The position numbers were made by a program, and so were the translations under genes. Of a DNA stretch of 64,000 nt, positions 1-11,790 are shown one piece after another (position 1 is the stretch's first letter; each line of letters begins with the position of its first letter). The notes beneath the pieces were generated by a model that worked only from the letters and a program-made list of their open reading frames with translations, had not been told where the DNA came from and did no database searches. The stretch lies in NCBI RefSeq assembly GCF_009914755.1, contig NC_060927.1. One strand, given 5' to 3'. Origin of the DNA: the human T2T-CHM13v2.0 reference genome, Homo sapiens.

Positions 1-1034
1 ATAAAGTGGTCCATCAGCAGGGACAGTTTGGGACACATTGCTTTAGATCAGTGTCTTAATGTCTACAAGGTGGGTTGTTGTGAGAATGAAGTGGTAATTA
101 TATCCGATACTATAAATTGCTCTACAAATGGCATTTTTGCCATTGGTGTGTTCATCGCACTGATACACTCCCAGGAAGACTCTGCCTTTTTTGCCTCTCC
201 AGAATGTTTGAGAAAAAGGTAGAGCAGGAGGATGCACACCAGAGTGTGTTTTTCAGAACCGCGATTTCCTGTCCCAAAGGGTTTGGCCTGTGTTCTGATC
301 CATCTGTGGTCCAGAAGTTTACTGGCTGTTTAGCCTTGCCATAGGCAGTAACGGTAGGTGGTCCCTGAAGGATGTCCTCCTCACTGCCCTCCTGTTTCCA
401 ACTCTCTTGTTTTATTTGTCTTTAATATCCCCATGTGGAATGTTTTTGACCAAAATGATCAAAGTGATATTTCAGAAACTCAGTCTGCATGCATGTACAA
501 GATGAATTGGATTAGGGAAAGCACAAGGAACTCCCAGGATAGCTAGCTGTTTTGATTGTCCAACCAATCATTTTATGAACTCGGTGACTGACATCACCTG
601 GACCTTGGTATTATCAGAGTTTCCTGAATAAGGATCCTAATGCTATAAGCCCTTGTTACCCATTCCACCAGTAAGGGTGCCAGAATACTGTAGGGACATC
701 CATTGAACTCCCAGGTATAGTCAAAGAAAAAGTCCTTTCACTACTTACCAGAAGAATGGCAAAGGGTTTGTTGACAAGAACTAAGCTCCTAATAAGGAAT
801 AAACTATATGCAGGTTTTGAACAGTTAGCTTCCATATTTTGCTAAAATTATGGATAAAGGTATCATTTTATGAGTCTGAGCCAGAAGAGAAGTGTTAGAT
901 ACACTAACACAGGCAGAGAAAAAGTGACACTCCTATCCAGATTAGAATAGGAGTCCTTTTCTTCAAGCCCACCTTTGCTGCTGCACAGCTTTCTAGCCAC
1001 TCTCCATTACAAAGCGCTGTTTAACACTCACTAG

Positions 1035-1110
1035 TGCTGTTTGTCAAGTAGTTATTGGGCACCTATTATGTGTCAGTCACCATGTTGGACACAGAGAATG
1101 CATAGAGTAC
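1035..1110 (-). mobile_element. L2 3'-end fragment
   Basis: TTATTGGGCACCTATTATGTGTCAGTCACCATG resembles the reverse complement of the L2 3' terminus; approximate bounds. Confidence 0.55.
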
Positions 1111-2099
1111 TGAGATATAAACACATCTCAGTCTTGAATTGGCCACCTTGGTCAAAGTGCAGATCAAGTAATTGATGTCTGAAGTGGATAAACCAAAAGA
1201 TCTGCTAACTTGTCTGCAGAATCTCTAAGCTATCCCCTTATATCTGGTTAGGCCACCCAAATGCTACATATCAGGACATTGTGTTATATGATATAATATT
1301 ATGGCCTTAGCTTTTAGTAAGCAATTAAAAATACAGAAATATAAAGAGCATAAATTCAAGTTTTGTAACACCCGTGTTAAAGGCTTTGACCTATCTAGTG
1401 TCCTTATATAAGGGTTTGTAAAATAAATTCTTCATATAATTCAGTGCTAGTGAAACATTTCTCTCTTCTGGTATGTTTCCTTATTAGAAAATAAGGTTTG
1501 GGTAAGTTGTAAAATTTTCCTTCTAGCTTTGGCTACCAGGATGCTTAGTGCTAGGTTTCCAGTACAGGACCACATCTTCTTCACTTTTTGACACCACTTA
1601 TTTCTATTAAAAATACCTTTTTGGGGATTATCTTTTACTTTAATCCACCTCAAATTCTTAAATAAACCTTGAAATAGTATAACATACACACAGATTCTAT
1701 TACAGTTTTTGTTCTTTATAGAGCAAATTCTTTTATGACAGAAAAACAAAAATAAAACCCCAGGAGAATCAGTTCTCCATTGCAGCTCTCTTTTAGGATC
1801 CTTCCCTAAGTGTGGTGGTTGGGATTTTACAGATCTCAGTTGTTTGAGGTAGCAGAAGAAAGTATCTTCTGGGCTAAATGCTGATTGTAGCAATCTTTGC
1901 CTTACCCTAAAGCCCATTCCTTATAGGCTGATTTGTCCTAAAAGAACCGTGTCCTCCTGCAGCTCTGGGGCTCAGCCAGGTTCAGCCAGCTGAACTGTAG
2001 CTTTCCTGTGTAACTGTTTCATGGCTGGACCTGTGTGTTAAACTGTTATATTACCTCATAACTGTTTCCTGATTAACAATAACATTTTTTCCTTTAGTT

Positions 2100-2265
2100 A
2101 CATTCATTCCTTTATCTAGGTATCATTATTGTGTTCCCAGTATGTATCAAACATCTCTAGATGGTAGAAATTTGTAGCTGAGGAAGGAAATGTTGAAGTT
2201 TTTGAACTGACCTGGTCATATCCTTGAGAAGCCTGCAGTCCGGGGAAGGAGGGAAACACAAGTGC
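2100..2265 (-). mobile_element. L2 3'-end fragment
   Basis: CATTCATTC...TTATTGTGTTCCCAGTATGTATCAAACA...CCTTGAGAAGCCTGCAGTC, degenerate antisense L2 3' end. Confidence 0.5.
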
Positions 2266-3494
2266 CATGATCCTTTTCTATCATGAGGGTGACATTCCTG
2301 GGAAATAACAAAACATGGACCAAAACAAACAAACAAACAAACAAAAAACCCACTTCTCCTCCATAATAGAATTTGGAGGAGCCAAAAACCATGACTTTAT
2401 GGGCACTATAGAGTTGGGGATCAGGATTGAGAGAATCTATGAAAGCATCTGTAAATTACACAAATTAAAATGAGAATATTGTTAAGAAAAATTCTCCAAA
2501 GCTTGTAAATAAGGCATGTCCTTTCAATGTCTTACAAGGGCATTGTCTAACGAGGCCACCTAAGGGTAATTAATTATATTGGGGGATGTACCTTTGCTTG
2601 ATTTTGCTATTTACTATTAATTATGGGCTCAAGCTCTGTGAAGTTATGTGTTAACTTGGAGATTTTGTATGGCAGAGATGCAAATAATTTCTGTCCAGTA
2701 GCAAAGATAACCCCAAAGGTTATGGCTTTTACTGCCCTGTGGAACATTAATCAGTTTTGTATCCAATCTAGCAATATAATTCTAACGTTTCTTTTTAAAT
2801 GCCTATAAATACCCCATTCCTCAAAATGCTATCTGAAGTAGATTTTTCATACTGCCTCCCTCATTAATGAGTTAATAAATCTTTGACAGGTGTTCATTTT
2901 ATGTTTGTATGAGAGTCATGTTTTCAACTATAAAAATTATACTTTGACCTTATGTATAGCATTTTACACACCTTACATTATTAGTGCAAAATCAATTTCC
3001 ATTCACCATCCTTGCTTAATAGAAAACTTGCAGACTCTCCACTGCAGTTTTAATGAGACTGTGGAAACTTGTTTGCTTTGTTGCAGGTGTATTGAAGGAA
3101 CAAGTCATCCCGCATATAGTCTCCTATTGGAGAGTTCAACAGTTTTGCCTTTTTATGTTTTTAACTTTTGATTCCATCTTGGGGGTCCCATCATGGTCCA
3201 CAGCACAAAGATGCCTGATGAGGGGAAAGCTTTGAAGATTCCTTATTTAATCCACTCGGCTCGCTGTGGCAGATAATTTCTCCGACACTCTTTCTGATAC
3301 CCCTGCCCAAATAACTCCATGTCAGAACCCATAAGGAGACAGCAGGACCCTTCCATTGAGGTGCTCTATCTTACACATTTGATTTAGCTCCGTCTTCTGT
3401 CCTTCCAACTGTTAATAGTTAATTAGCAAATACTTATTGTGTGCCTGACAGGAACTTTCCACTAGAGTGTTAGCAACAACAACTACAGAACAAC

Positions 3495-3562
3495 AACAAT
3501 AAATATTTATTGAGTGCCTATTATGTGCCAGGCATGATTCTAACCACTTTATGTTACTAACT
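3495..3562 (-). mobile_element. MIR 3' fragment
   Basis: ATTTATTGAGTGCCTATTATGTGCCAGGCATGATTCTAACCACTTTA matches the antisense MIR 3' end. Confidence 0.6.
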
Positions 3563-3935
3563 TAGACAAAGAATTTCCCTGTGAGAACTGAAATCATATA
3601 CAGTCACACGATTTACTAGGATTAAAAACTAAGACTGCATTAACAAGAATTTACTAGTCCAGAAAATTTTTGTCCAGAAGATAAACTTGCAAATAAATGG
3701 ATTGTTTCCAGAACTTCTAAAAATTCATTATTTTTCCTGAATAATAAGCCAATAAACTAGGTCTCATCAGAATAATAATAGGCCTTCCCTGAACAATATT
3801 GAACTAGGTTATCAAATGACTGTTTACTCTTTAAGACCACTTTGAAACCTTTGTCCACTGTGTCCACTAATCCTAAACTATTATATCACAAATGACTAAA
3901 TTTCAATCAGGATCCCTCCACTGAATACCTGTCTT

Positions 3936-4211
3936 GGCTGGGCATGGTGTCTCAAGCCTGTAATCCCAGCACTTTGGGAGGCCGGGTGGATCTCTTGAGT
4001 TCAGGAGTTCGAGATCAACCTGGGCAACATGGTGAAACCCCACTTATACAAAAAATACAAAAATTAGCCAGGCATGACAGGGTGTGCCTGTAGTCCCATC
4101 TACTCAAGAGGCTGAGGTGGAGGATGGCTTGAGCCTGGGAGGTGGAGGTTGCAGTGAGCTAAGATTGTGCCACTGCACTCTAGCCTGGGCAACAGAGCCA
4201 AACCCTGTCTC

Positions 4212-4240
<29 letters not shown>
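3936..4240 (+). mobile_element. Alu, J-type (AluJb-like), full length with A29 tail
   Basis: GGCTGGGCATGG start, dimeric with A-rich linker, J-type GGAGGATGGCTTGAGCC; TSD AATACCTGTCTT at 3924-3935 and 4243-4254. Confidence 0.93.
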
Positions 4241-4242
<2 letters not shown>

Positions 4243-4255
4243 AATACCTGTCTTA

Positions 4256-4819
4256 CAGTGTGACAAGGATCTAGAACCAGAAATACCATTTGACTCAGCA
4301 ATCCCATTACTCTGTATATACCCAAAGGATTATAAATCATTCTACTATAAAGACACATGCAGATGTATGTTTATTGCAGCACCGTTCACAATAGCAAAGA
4401 CTTGGAACAAACCCAAATGCCCATCAATGATAGACTGGATAAAGAAAATGTGGCACATATACACCATGGAATACTATGCAGCCATAGAAAAGGATGAGTT
4501 CATGTCCTTTGCAGGGACATGGATGAAGCTGGAAACCATAATTCTCAGCAAATTAACACAGGAACAGAAAAAACAAACACCACATGTTCTTACTCATAAG
4601 TGGGAATTGAACAATGAGAACACACGGACACAGGGAGGGTAACATCACACACCAGGGCCTGTCAGTGGGTGGGGGGCTAGGGGAGGAATAGCATTAGGGG
4701 AAATACCTAATGTAGATGACGGGTTGATTGCACGTGTATACCTATGTACAAACCTGAATGTTCTGCACATGTATCCCAGAACTTAAAGTATAATAATAAT
4801 AATAATTATATATATATTT
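4256..4819 (+). mobile_element. 5'-truncated L1PA (L1PA7/8-like): ORF2 C-terminus, 3'UTR and tail
   Basis: ORF 4367-4642 MFIAAPFTIAKTWNKPKCPSMIDWIKKMWHIYTMEYYAA is the L1 ORF2p C-terminus; G-rich 3'UTR; 15-bp TSD GAAATACCTGTCTTA at 4241-4255 and 4820-4834. Confidence 0.93.
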
Positions 4820-4984
4820 GAAATACCTGTCTTAAATGGAATCACCAAGCCTTAAAATATCCTGCCCTTACTTCTCCCTTCTGAGATGCTACTAAGTTTT
4901 TGTTAAGGCACTGGTATGCAATACCCTCGGTTTTGCTTGATCAACAGCTAAATTTGATGGTTTCTTGAGGGATTCACAGCCAAC

Positions 4985-6180
4985 ACTTGCCTTCACAGAA
5001 GTTACATTCTAGTGAGAGAGACAGATGATGAACAAACAAACACATTGTATAATTGAAGGTAGTGATAAGTGCAATGAAGGATCCTAAAATGGGGAGAGGA
5101 CAGAGAACTCTCAGTGGCAGGGGCTACTTTAGGTGAGGTGCTCAGGAGGGCTTCTTCCAGGACAGGAAATTTAAGCAGAGACCTGAGGGCAGTGAGATCT
5201 GGGGAAAGGGTGTCTTAGTTAAAAAGAATAGGAATTATAAAAGTCTGGAGGTAGGAATCACTGGTATATTCAAAGAAGAGCAAGATGGTTGAAGCATGAT
5301 GAAGAGAACTGAGGAAATTGAGTTTGGAGACATAAGAGGGAGCCATGGGAAGATGGTTGAGTTCTGTTTTAAATGTGAAGGGGAAGACTTTGGAGGGTTT
5401 TAAGTGGAGAGTGACATGATCTAAGTTAGATTTTTGAAGGATTACTCTGGCAGCTCTGTAGAGACTAGATTGTGGGAGCATGGTGGTGATATGGTTTGGC
5501 TGTGTCCCCACCCAAATCTCATCTCGAATTGTAATCCCCATAATCCCCACGTGTTGAAGGAGGGACTGGTGAGAGGTGACTGGATCATGGGAGTGGTTTC
5601 CCCCATGCTGTTCTCATCATAGTGAGTGAGTTTTCATGAGATCTGGTGGTTTTATAAGGCAGTTTTCCCTGCTCTTGCTTGCTTTTCTCTGCCTTTCCTG
5701 CCACCCTGTGAAGAAGGTCTTTGCTTCCCCTTCACCTTCCACCATGATTGTGTTTCCTGAGGCCTCCTCAGCAATGCAAAACCATGAGTCAATTAAACCT
5801 CTTTCCTTTATAAATTACCAAGTCTCGGGCAGTTCTTTATAGCAGCATGAAAATGGACTAATGCAGGTGGATTGGGGGCGAGCATAGGAGGCTATTGTAG
5901 AAGTCAAAGTGAAAAAGGGTTATGGCCCCAATGTAGGCACTCTCAGTGGAAGTGCTGATGGGATTTTGGATATGTTTTGAAGGCAGAACTTTGGGGGAGG
6001 TGCCTTTTGGCTTGAATATTCTGCTCAATAGTGGTGCCACAGTGAGTTCAGAAGACAAGGGGAGAAGGAGGAGGAAAACCAAAAGCTCTGATTTGGATAT
6101 GTTAAACTTATGATGTCTTTTCAGTACCTAAATGGAAAAGGATAGACATAGGAGGTGACTTCAGGCAAGGTTGGGATTGT
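4985..6180 (-). mobile_element. L2 (L2a-like), interrupted by a THE1 LTR
   Basis: GAAGTTACATTCTAGTGAGAGAGACAGA, GGAGGGTTTTAAGTGGAGAGTGACATGATC, GATTACTCTGGCAGCT, TTTTGGATATGTTTTGAAGGCAGA are antisense L2 motifs. Confidence 0.8.
5487..5865 (+). mobile_element. THE1 (THE1D-like) MaLR solo LTR
   Basis: TGATATGGTTTGGCTGTGTCCCCACCCAAATCTCATC...GGACTAATGCA; 5-bp TSD GGTGG at 5482-5486 and 5866-5870. Confidence 0.93.
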
Positions 6181-6439
6181 ATAAACTCCGTCCCTTTATC
6201 TCTCTGCTAACTTGATGGCAAAATCCTACTTTTAGGCTCTACTGCTTTTCCTCTTTCTCTTTCTATCCTCCAAATCTCTGTTTTTCTAATCGTTTCTAGT
6301 AGGATGACTTGGAATTTACATATGCTCAAACCAAATGAATACAGAAACAAATCCACATATTCTTGAATTTCACTTAAGGGAAACTTATAGTGGGGAGAAG
6401 TTTTATTTAATTAGCATTATATTGTGAAAAGGGATATAG

Positions 6440-6700
6440 TACAAATTTTTAAACAGTTACAATTTTGGACCCACTAGTGGGTTGTGAAATCAGTTTAGTG
6501 GGAGGTAAAATCAATTTAGTGGGTAACAAACAACATTTAAAAAAGGGAAATATAAAAGAAAATAAAAGAGTGCATCACACTTAATAAGGGCAACTATTAC
6601 GTGAAATTTTTGTTTCATACACACACATATGTATATACTGGATTATAGCATAAAATGTATTTCTTACAGTGAATTGCAAACTCTCTGAAAGTCGCTGCTA
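6440..6700. mobile_element. hAT-Charlie-type non-autonomous DNA transposon remnant
   Basis: GACCCACTAGTGGGTTGTGAAATCAGTTTAGTGGG...AAAATGTATTTCTTACAGTG...GAAAGTCGCTG; internal ~22-bp tandem duplication; exact family uncertain. Confidence 0.6.
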
Positions 6701-6854
6701 TAGGAGAGGTGTGTTGTAAGCCTTCGTTTTCAAATGGGTAGCAGCACTTTCAAAGTCTAACATTATTTTCACAGATAAGGCCAAGCCACATAACCTTTGG
6801 TGCCTTAGGTTTTATTTTTAATTTATAAAATGGAAATAATATTTTCTCCCTATA

Positions 6855-7340
6855 TGTAAGTCTGGATTCTTCTAATTGCAAGGGAGAGAAATTCAGCTCA
6901 GACTAGTTTAAGTTAAAAAAAAAAAAAAAAAAGAAAGGGCTCCATTGGAAGGATGCAGGATCAGCTAACAGAGCCTGAATCCAGAGCTTGAGTAGGAACT
7001 GGGCAACTTTGGAGCCTGGGACTTGCCCAGGGGACCCGGTTCTGCCATGCACTCTCTTTCTCTGTCCAGGTTGCCTTTGCTTGGTTTCACTCTCTTCTAT
7101 GGCAGATAGCTGTCTTTATATGGCAAAAATTATGATTATCATTAGCCTTGGGTTCATATCCTTCTAGCTCTGAGACCTAAGAGGCAAGAGGCCTCCCTCA
7201 GTAGTGTCAATTAGAATTACCCCAGGGAAAGGCTTTGATTGGTCCATCCCTAGTCACATGCCCATCCCTGAATAATCACCCTACCAGGGGGATAAAAGCT
7301 TAGATGGGTTAATATGAGTTTTGCATGTAACCATGTGGGG
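6855..7340 (-). mobile_element. Old MLT1 (K/L-like) MaLR LTR inserted in a MIR
   Basis: TTGCAAGGGAGAGAAATTCAGCTCAGACTAGTTTAAG and TGATTGGTCC...GTCACATGCCCATCCCTGAA; MIR-like flanks at ~6780-6850 and ~7410-7490. Confidence 0.6.
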
Positions 7341-8507
7341 TGTGTGTGTGTGTGTGTCTGTGCGCATGCATGCTTTTAGAAGTCGAGGAAAATATGATAG
7401 GAAGATAATGAGAGCTACTGCATCTTCTATATGTCATGGGAATGTTCTAAGAATTAATAAAATATAGTTTATGAGAGGTTCTGAACTTGTAATTTACCTT
7501 GAGGAATCACTCAAATGTCTTCACAGTAAACCAGCATCTGTAGAACTAATTTGTGGGCTCATAAAAAGCAAGATGTGATTAATTCTATAGAAGGTGTCTT
7601 GTGGGCCACCCCACCCTCTGCTTGATGTGCAGAATGACTTCCCAAGTCCTCTGTGCATCAGTCCTAGTTCAGCTGGGTCTGCAGAGAGGTTGGTGATTTA
7701 TTAAACACACTGGTTAGAGCAAGTCTACGGCCTTGTAGTGTTACTAGGTCTAAGTCCTAGAAACACTCTAAGACCCTAAAGTTACTCAAAAGATCATGAG
7801 GTCTAAACTCTGCTTTTTCTAAGATTTGAATACCTCATGTTTATCATCAGCCTCCTATTTAGAAAATGATGCTTTCTGGTAATGGTGAGGAAAAATATTT
7901 GCTAATGAAAATCTAAATGAGGGATGATGAAGCTAAACATCATTAGATTTAGTTACTTTCCCTACATGATTGGTTGAGGGATATTATTCACAGAAAAGTT
8001 TCTTTATGCCAGCCATTCTTTTCTTTGAAGTATCACCTCACTCCAAATCAGTCATTTAAATATCTTATGCTGCTCCAGAGAATGTCCTGGCTCCCCAAAT
8101 ATTTTCTTGTCAATCTTCTGTTATATGTTCTGTCACACTGGGTCCTCTTGGGAATGAAACCAGTTTACTTTAACATTTTATGAGATCAACTCCTCTATAT
8201 CCAATGGCCGATCATAGAACGGGATTATTAATACAGAATAAGTAACTGGCAACTGAATTAGAGGACTATAATTCCATTGAGGAGCTCTAGATTTTTAAAT
8301 TAATTTAATGCTTATGAAAGCTCTAAGACTGACAGCCTAGGAGGATAAAATGGGCTTTTTTTCCTGTGTTGAATAGGTACCGCTGTATCAGAGACTACAA
8401 CCAAAACTTTTGGCAAGGCCTGTAGAGCTGATTTCTTCATTGGCGATCTTTGTGAGGATGGATGGGCCTGTGTTTGCGTGACTTTTTTTTTTTTTCAGAA
8501 TGAGAGA

Positions 8508-8885
8508 CTGTGGCAGGAATTTGGGGTCGTAGAAACGTGGGTGAGATTCTCAGCTCTGTCTCTTGCTTATAGTGTGATTTAAGTAGAGCTACAGATAAAT
8601 TATAGGATTGGCAGGTTAAATTTAAATTTTAGATAAACAATGCATTTTTTTAGTGTAAGTTATGTCTAAAATATTGTATCGAACATACTTATACTAAAAA
8701 TTTTTATTTATTGTTCATCTGATGTTCAAATTTAGTTGAGCATATTGTATTTTTATTTGCTAGGTCTGGCAACTCTAGATTTAGGGCGAGTTACTTAAAT
8801 TCTCTTCATCTCAGTTTCCTCATCTCTAAAGTAGAACTAGTAACACTTATTTTTCAGGGATGCTGAGGGCTAGATGATATAATTT
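8508..8885 (+). mobile_element. MIR, interrupted by MER53; 3' end resumes at ~9330-9380 after an L2
   Basis: GGGCGAGTTACTTAAATTCTCTTCATCTCAGTTTCCTCATCTCTAAAGT is the MIR core. Confidence 0.8.
8584..8777 (-). mobile_element. MER53 palindromic hAT MITE
   Basis: Ends TTTATTTGCTAGGTCTGGCAACTCTA; internal symmetry around ACATACTTATACTAAAAA; 8-bp TSD GATTTAAG/GATTTAGG. Confidence 0.85.
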
Positions 8886-9320
8886 ATTCATTCGACAAAT
8901 GCTTATTGACTGCCTACTCTGCAGTGAACAAACTGGATAAGAATCTGTGCTTATGAAGTTTAAATGCTATTGTGCAGGAGATAGACAATAAAGTACATAA
9001 ATAAGTATGTCAGATGGTAATAGATGCTATGGAGAAACAAACAGTAGGGAAAAGGTAGGGATTGGTGGTGGAGAGTTTGGATTTTAATTAACTAGGTTGG
9101 TTAGGGAAGTCTTCACAGAGAATGAGATATTTGACTAAAGACAGGAAGAAGGAAGGAAAGAAAGAAGAAGGAAGGGACCCAGCCATGCAGATACCTGCAG
9201 AAAGATCATCTCAAGCACAGAGGCTAGCAAGGGTAACAGCCCTGAGGCAGGAGGTGACTGCCATGTTGGAGGAACACCAGGGAAGTCAGTGTGGCTGGAG
9301 AGAAATGAGCTGGGGAAGGG
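8886..9320 (-). mobile_element. L2a 3' region
   Basis: ATTCATTCGACAAATGCTTATTGACTGCCTACT...GGTAACAGCCCTGAGGCAGGA...CAGTGTGGCTGGAG. Confidence 0.8.
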
Positions 9321-9469
9321 GGGCATGGAGAAGGATAATATGTATAAAATGTCTGGCATATGCTTGGTGCTCCTCATTCTTGCTGTAGCGCTATATGGAC
9401 CCAGATGAATGCCAGTTGATCACCCAAGGGCCCTCCGGAGGGTCTTAAGTCTTCCAAAGGTAGCCATGG

Positions 9470-9612
9470 GGCGTCAGTTTCCTCAGTCACAAAGTGGCGA
9501 TGAAAATAGCAGCATGGCCTCCCCTACAAAATTGTTGAAGGAATCAACAGAGGTGAAATGCACGAGAGGTTTCGTGAAGCACGAACTGCCATACCCATGT
9601 ATTGTTATTATT
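9470..9612 (+). mobile_element. MIR core/3' fragment
   Basis: TCAGTTTCCTCAGTCACAAAGTGG...TTGTTGAAGGAATCAACAGAG...TTATTATT. Confidence 0.6.
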
Positions 9613-9719
9613 TAGAACTGCATGAAGCCTATAAGCAATTTCTACTGCCCCCCCTCCCCACAACAGGGAGGAGGCAAAATTTGGCCATTTCTATTATATT
9701 ATCGAACATGCTTTCCTAC

Positions 9720-9830
9720 TTTTAGCTGATTAACTTGGAGCTCTTAATTGATGAACCTAAGATTATGGGTTTGGGTTGCCATGATGGCCAATTAAACTTC
9801 ACTGTGTTCCAAACTGCCAGGTGCAGACAT
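9720..9830 (+). mobile_element. Ancient tRNA-headed SINE (MamSINE1-like)
   Basis: TTAGCTGATTAACTTGGAGC...AAGATTATGGGTTTGGGTTGCCATGATGGCCAATTAAACTTCACTGTGTTCCA follows a decayed tRNA A-box/B-box layout plus a MamSINE1-like 3' part. Confidence 0.45.
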
Positions 9831-10249
9831 AGGCCCACTTTCCAGAAAGGGCAGCTCAGATGATGTTAGCCCATATGGCAGGAAGAAGCCTTGCTGTGAG
9901 CCTGAGGCAAGACTAGGCACATGGAGGCTAGGCTGGCTGGAAGGTAAGCAGGTGAGAGGCATGCAGGATGCTCTAGGGGATTGTGGGCTTGGAAGAATCC
10001 AAGGTCAGCAGTACTGAGGGCAGAGGTTAGAGCTGGGATCAGTGTAGAATTCTTGGTCAAGTCTTGCAGAAGTGGTTTGGTACTGCAGCCAGTAAAATGG
10101 TTTGCTATGAGAAACTCAGGAGCTCAGGCAAGGAGGAGGAGTAATGGGGTGGGATGCCAAATGCCTGGACCCCAGATACAGATACAGGGCACTGATTGCT
10201 AAAGAAAAATGGCATGAAGTAAATTATTAAACTAGTTTTATTTTCTATG

Positions 10250-10580
<331 letters not shown>

Positions 10581-10999
10581 CTGTAGGTGGAAGCAAGTGT
10601 GTTCACCTCTTGTGATGAGGCGTGAGGAGCAGAGAGGTAAATCAAACTACCCTTGTTGTGTTATGTAATAAAGTATCTCCTTATTGTCTCTGCATAGTTC
10701 TTTACTTTCTTTGTGACTATTAATATTGACTTTTCTAACTAAATTACAGTACTACTATGATCAGAAACCATGTCTTTTACTTCTTTGTGTCTTGCATAGT
10801 CCCTAAGTTAGTTTTGGGCATGTGCAATTTCATTAGCTAACTTCTGACTTCAAGGATTAATTAATTACACAGCCATCCGTGCTTCTACCTTACCTGTAGT
10901 CAACATTTTTGCAAATGTGCTGATGGTCTTAGAGAGCCAGTGTGATAAAATGTGGATACATCTGTGTAAACTTTTCTCATTATTTGTACAATGCCTGTT

Positions 11000-11100
11000 G
11001 CAATGGTTCACCACCTTGGCTGCATAATAGTGTGTTTAAAAATCCTGATGCCCAGGCCATACCTAAGACCAAGGATCTCTGGGGATGAAACTCAGGCATT
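11000..11100. mobile_element. MER5A fragment
   Basis: CAATGGTTCACCACCTTGGCTGCA...TAAAAATCCTGATGCCCAGGCC...ATCTCTGGGGATG. Confidence 0.65.
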
Positions 11101-11584
11101 ACTGGAGAGGGAAGAGGAAATGTTACCAGAAGTTGGAAGCTTGGAGGAGAAGCCTCTGCAGGGCAGGTGGTTAAGTCTTGAAAGGGAGATTTGAGAGCCT
11201 GGTGCTCAGATCTCTAGGGGAGGCATGGCTGGTTGGTGCTCTGAGCTTTAGGAGGGCACAGCCAACAGTGTAGGTGGGAAGGCTTGATTGGCACTCAGAC
11301 AGCCAAAAGGGGAAGGCCAGCTGATACTAGAATCATGGGGGTGGAATGGAGCACTAGTATGGCTGCTACGAGTACTTCTGAGGGAGTGTGATAAGGCTGA
11401 TAACATGAGTGCCAAAAGAATCAGGAATTTGGAACCATAGCTGTCCTTTACCGCTGGAGTGATGCAGACTGGAGCTGGAAGCCCGAGAGCTAAGTTTCTT
11501 CTTCCCTCCTTCTTTCTATCTGTAATCATAAGCCACCTGGCAAAGGAGTAGGGAAATGTAGTTTGCTCCACTGTCATGAACAAA

Positions 11585-11790
11585 TTAGTGCCTTATAAAG
11601 GCTGGGGAGAACTAGTTTAGGCCCCTCTTGCCCTTCTGTCCCTTTGCCATGCGAGTACACAGTGTTTGTTCCCTCTGGAGGATGCAGCAACAAGGTGCCA
11701 TCTTGGAAGCAGGGAGCAGCCCTTATCTATTGTTTATAAATTACCCAGTCTGAGGTATTTTGTTAAAGCAGCACAGATGGACGAAGACAC
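11585..11790 (+). mobile_element. MST (MSTD-like) MaLR LTR, 3' part with internal deletion
   Basis: GGAGGATGCAGCAACAAGGTGCCATCTTGGAAGCAG...TTTATAAATTACCCAGTCTGAGGTATTTTGTT...GGACGAAGACA. Confidence 0.8.

Larger units (their letters stand above)
3580..4978 (+). mobile_element. Old ERV1-type solo LTR (MER67-like), split by the Alu and L1 insertions at 3936-4819
   Basis: TG...CA termini; flanks rejoin as CCACTGAAATACCTGTCTTAAA...TTCTGAGATGCTACTAAG...GCTTGATCAACAG; family call from memory. Confidence 0.45.

Noticed and set aside
1402-1413. Palindrome CCTTATATAAGG as a CArG box
   Set aside because: Eight A/T bases between CC and GG rather than six; an isolated AT-rich palindrome expected by chance
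1447-1917. Longest ORF (156 aa, minus)
   Set aside because: No recognisable motif; composition mirrors AT-rich DNA; length compatible with chance in 64 kb
4104-4642. ORFs 4104-4358 and 4367-4642 as genes
   Set aside because: Read from an antisense Alu and a truncated L1 ORF2 terminus
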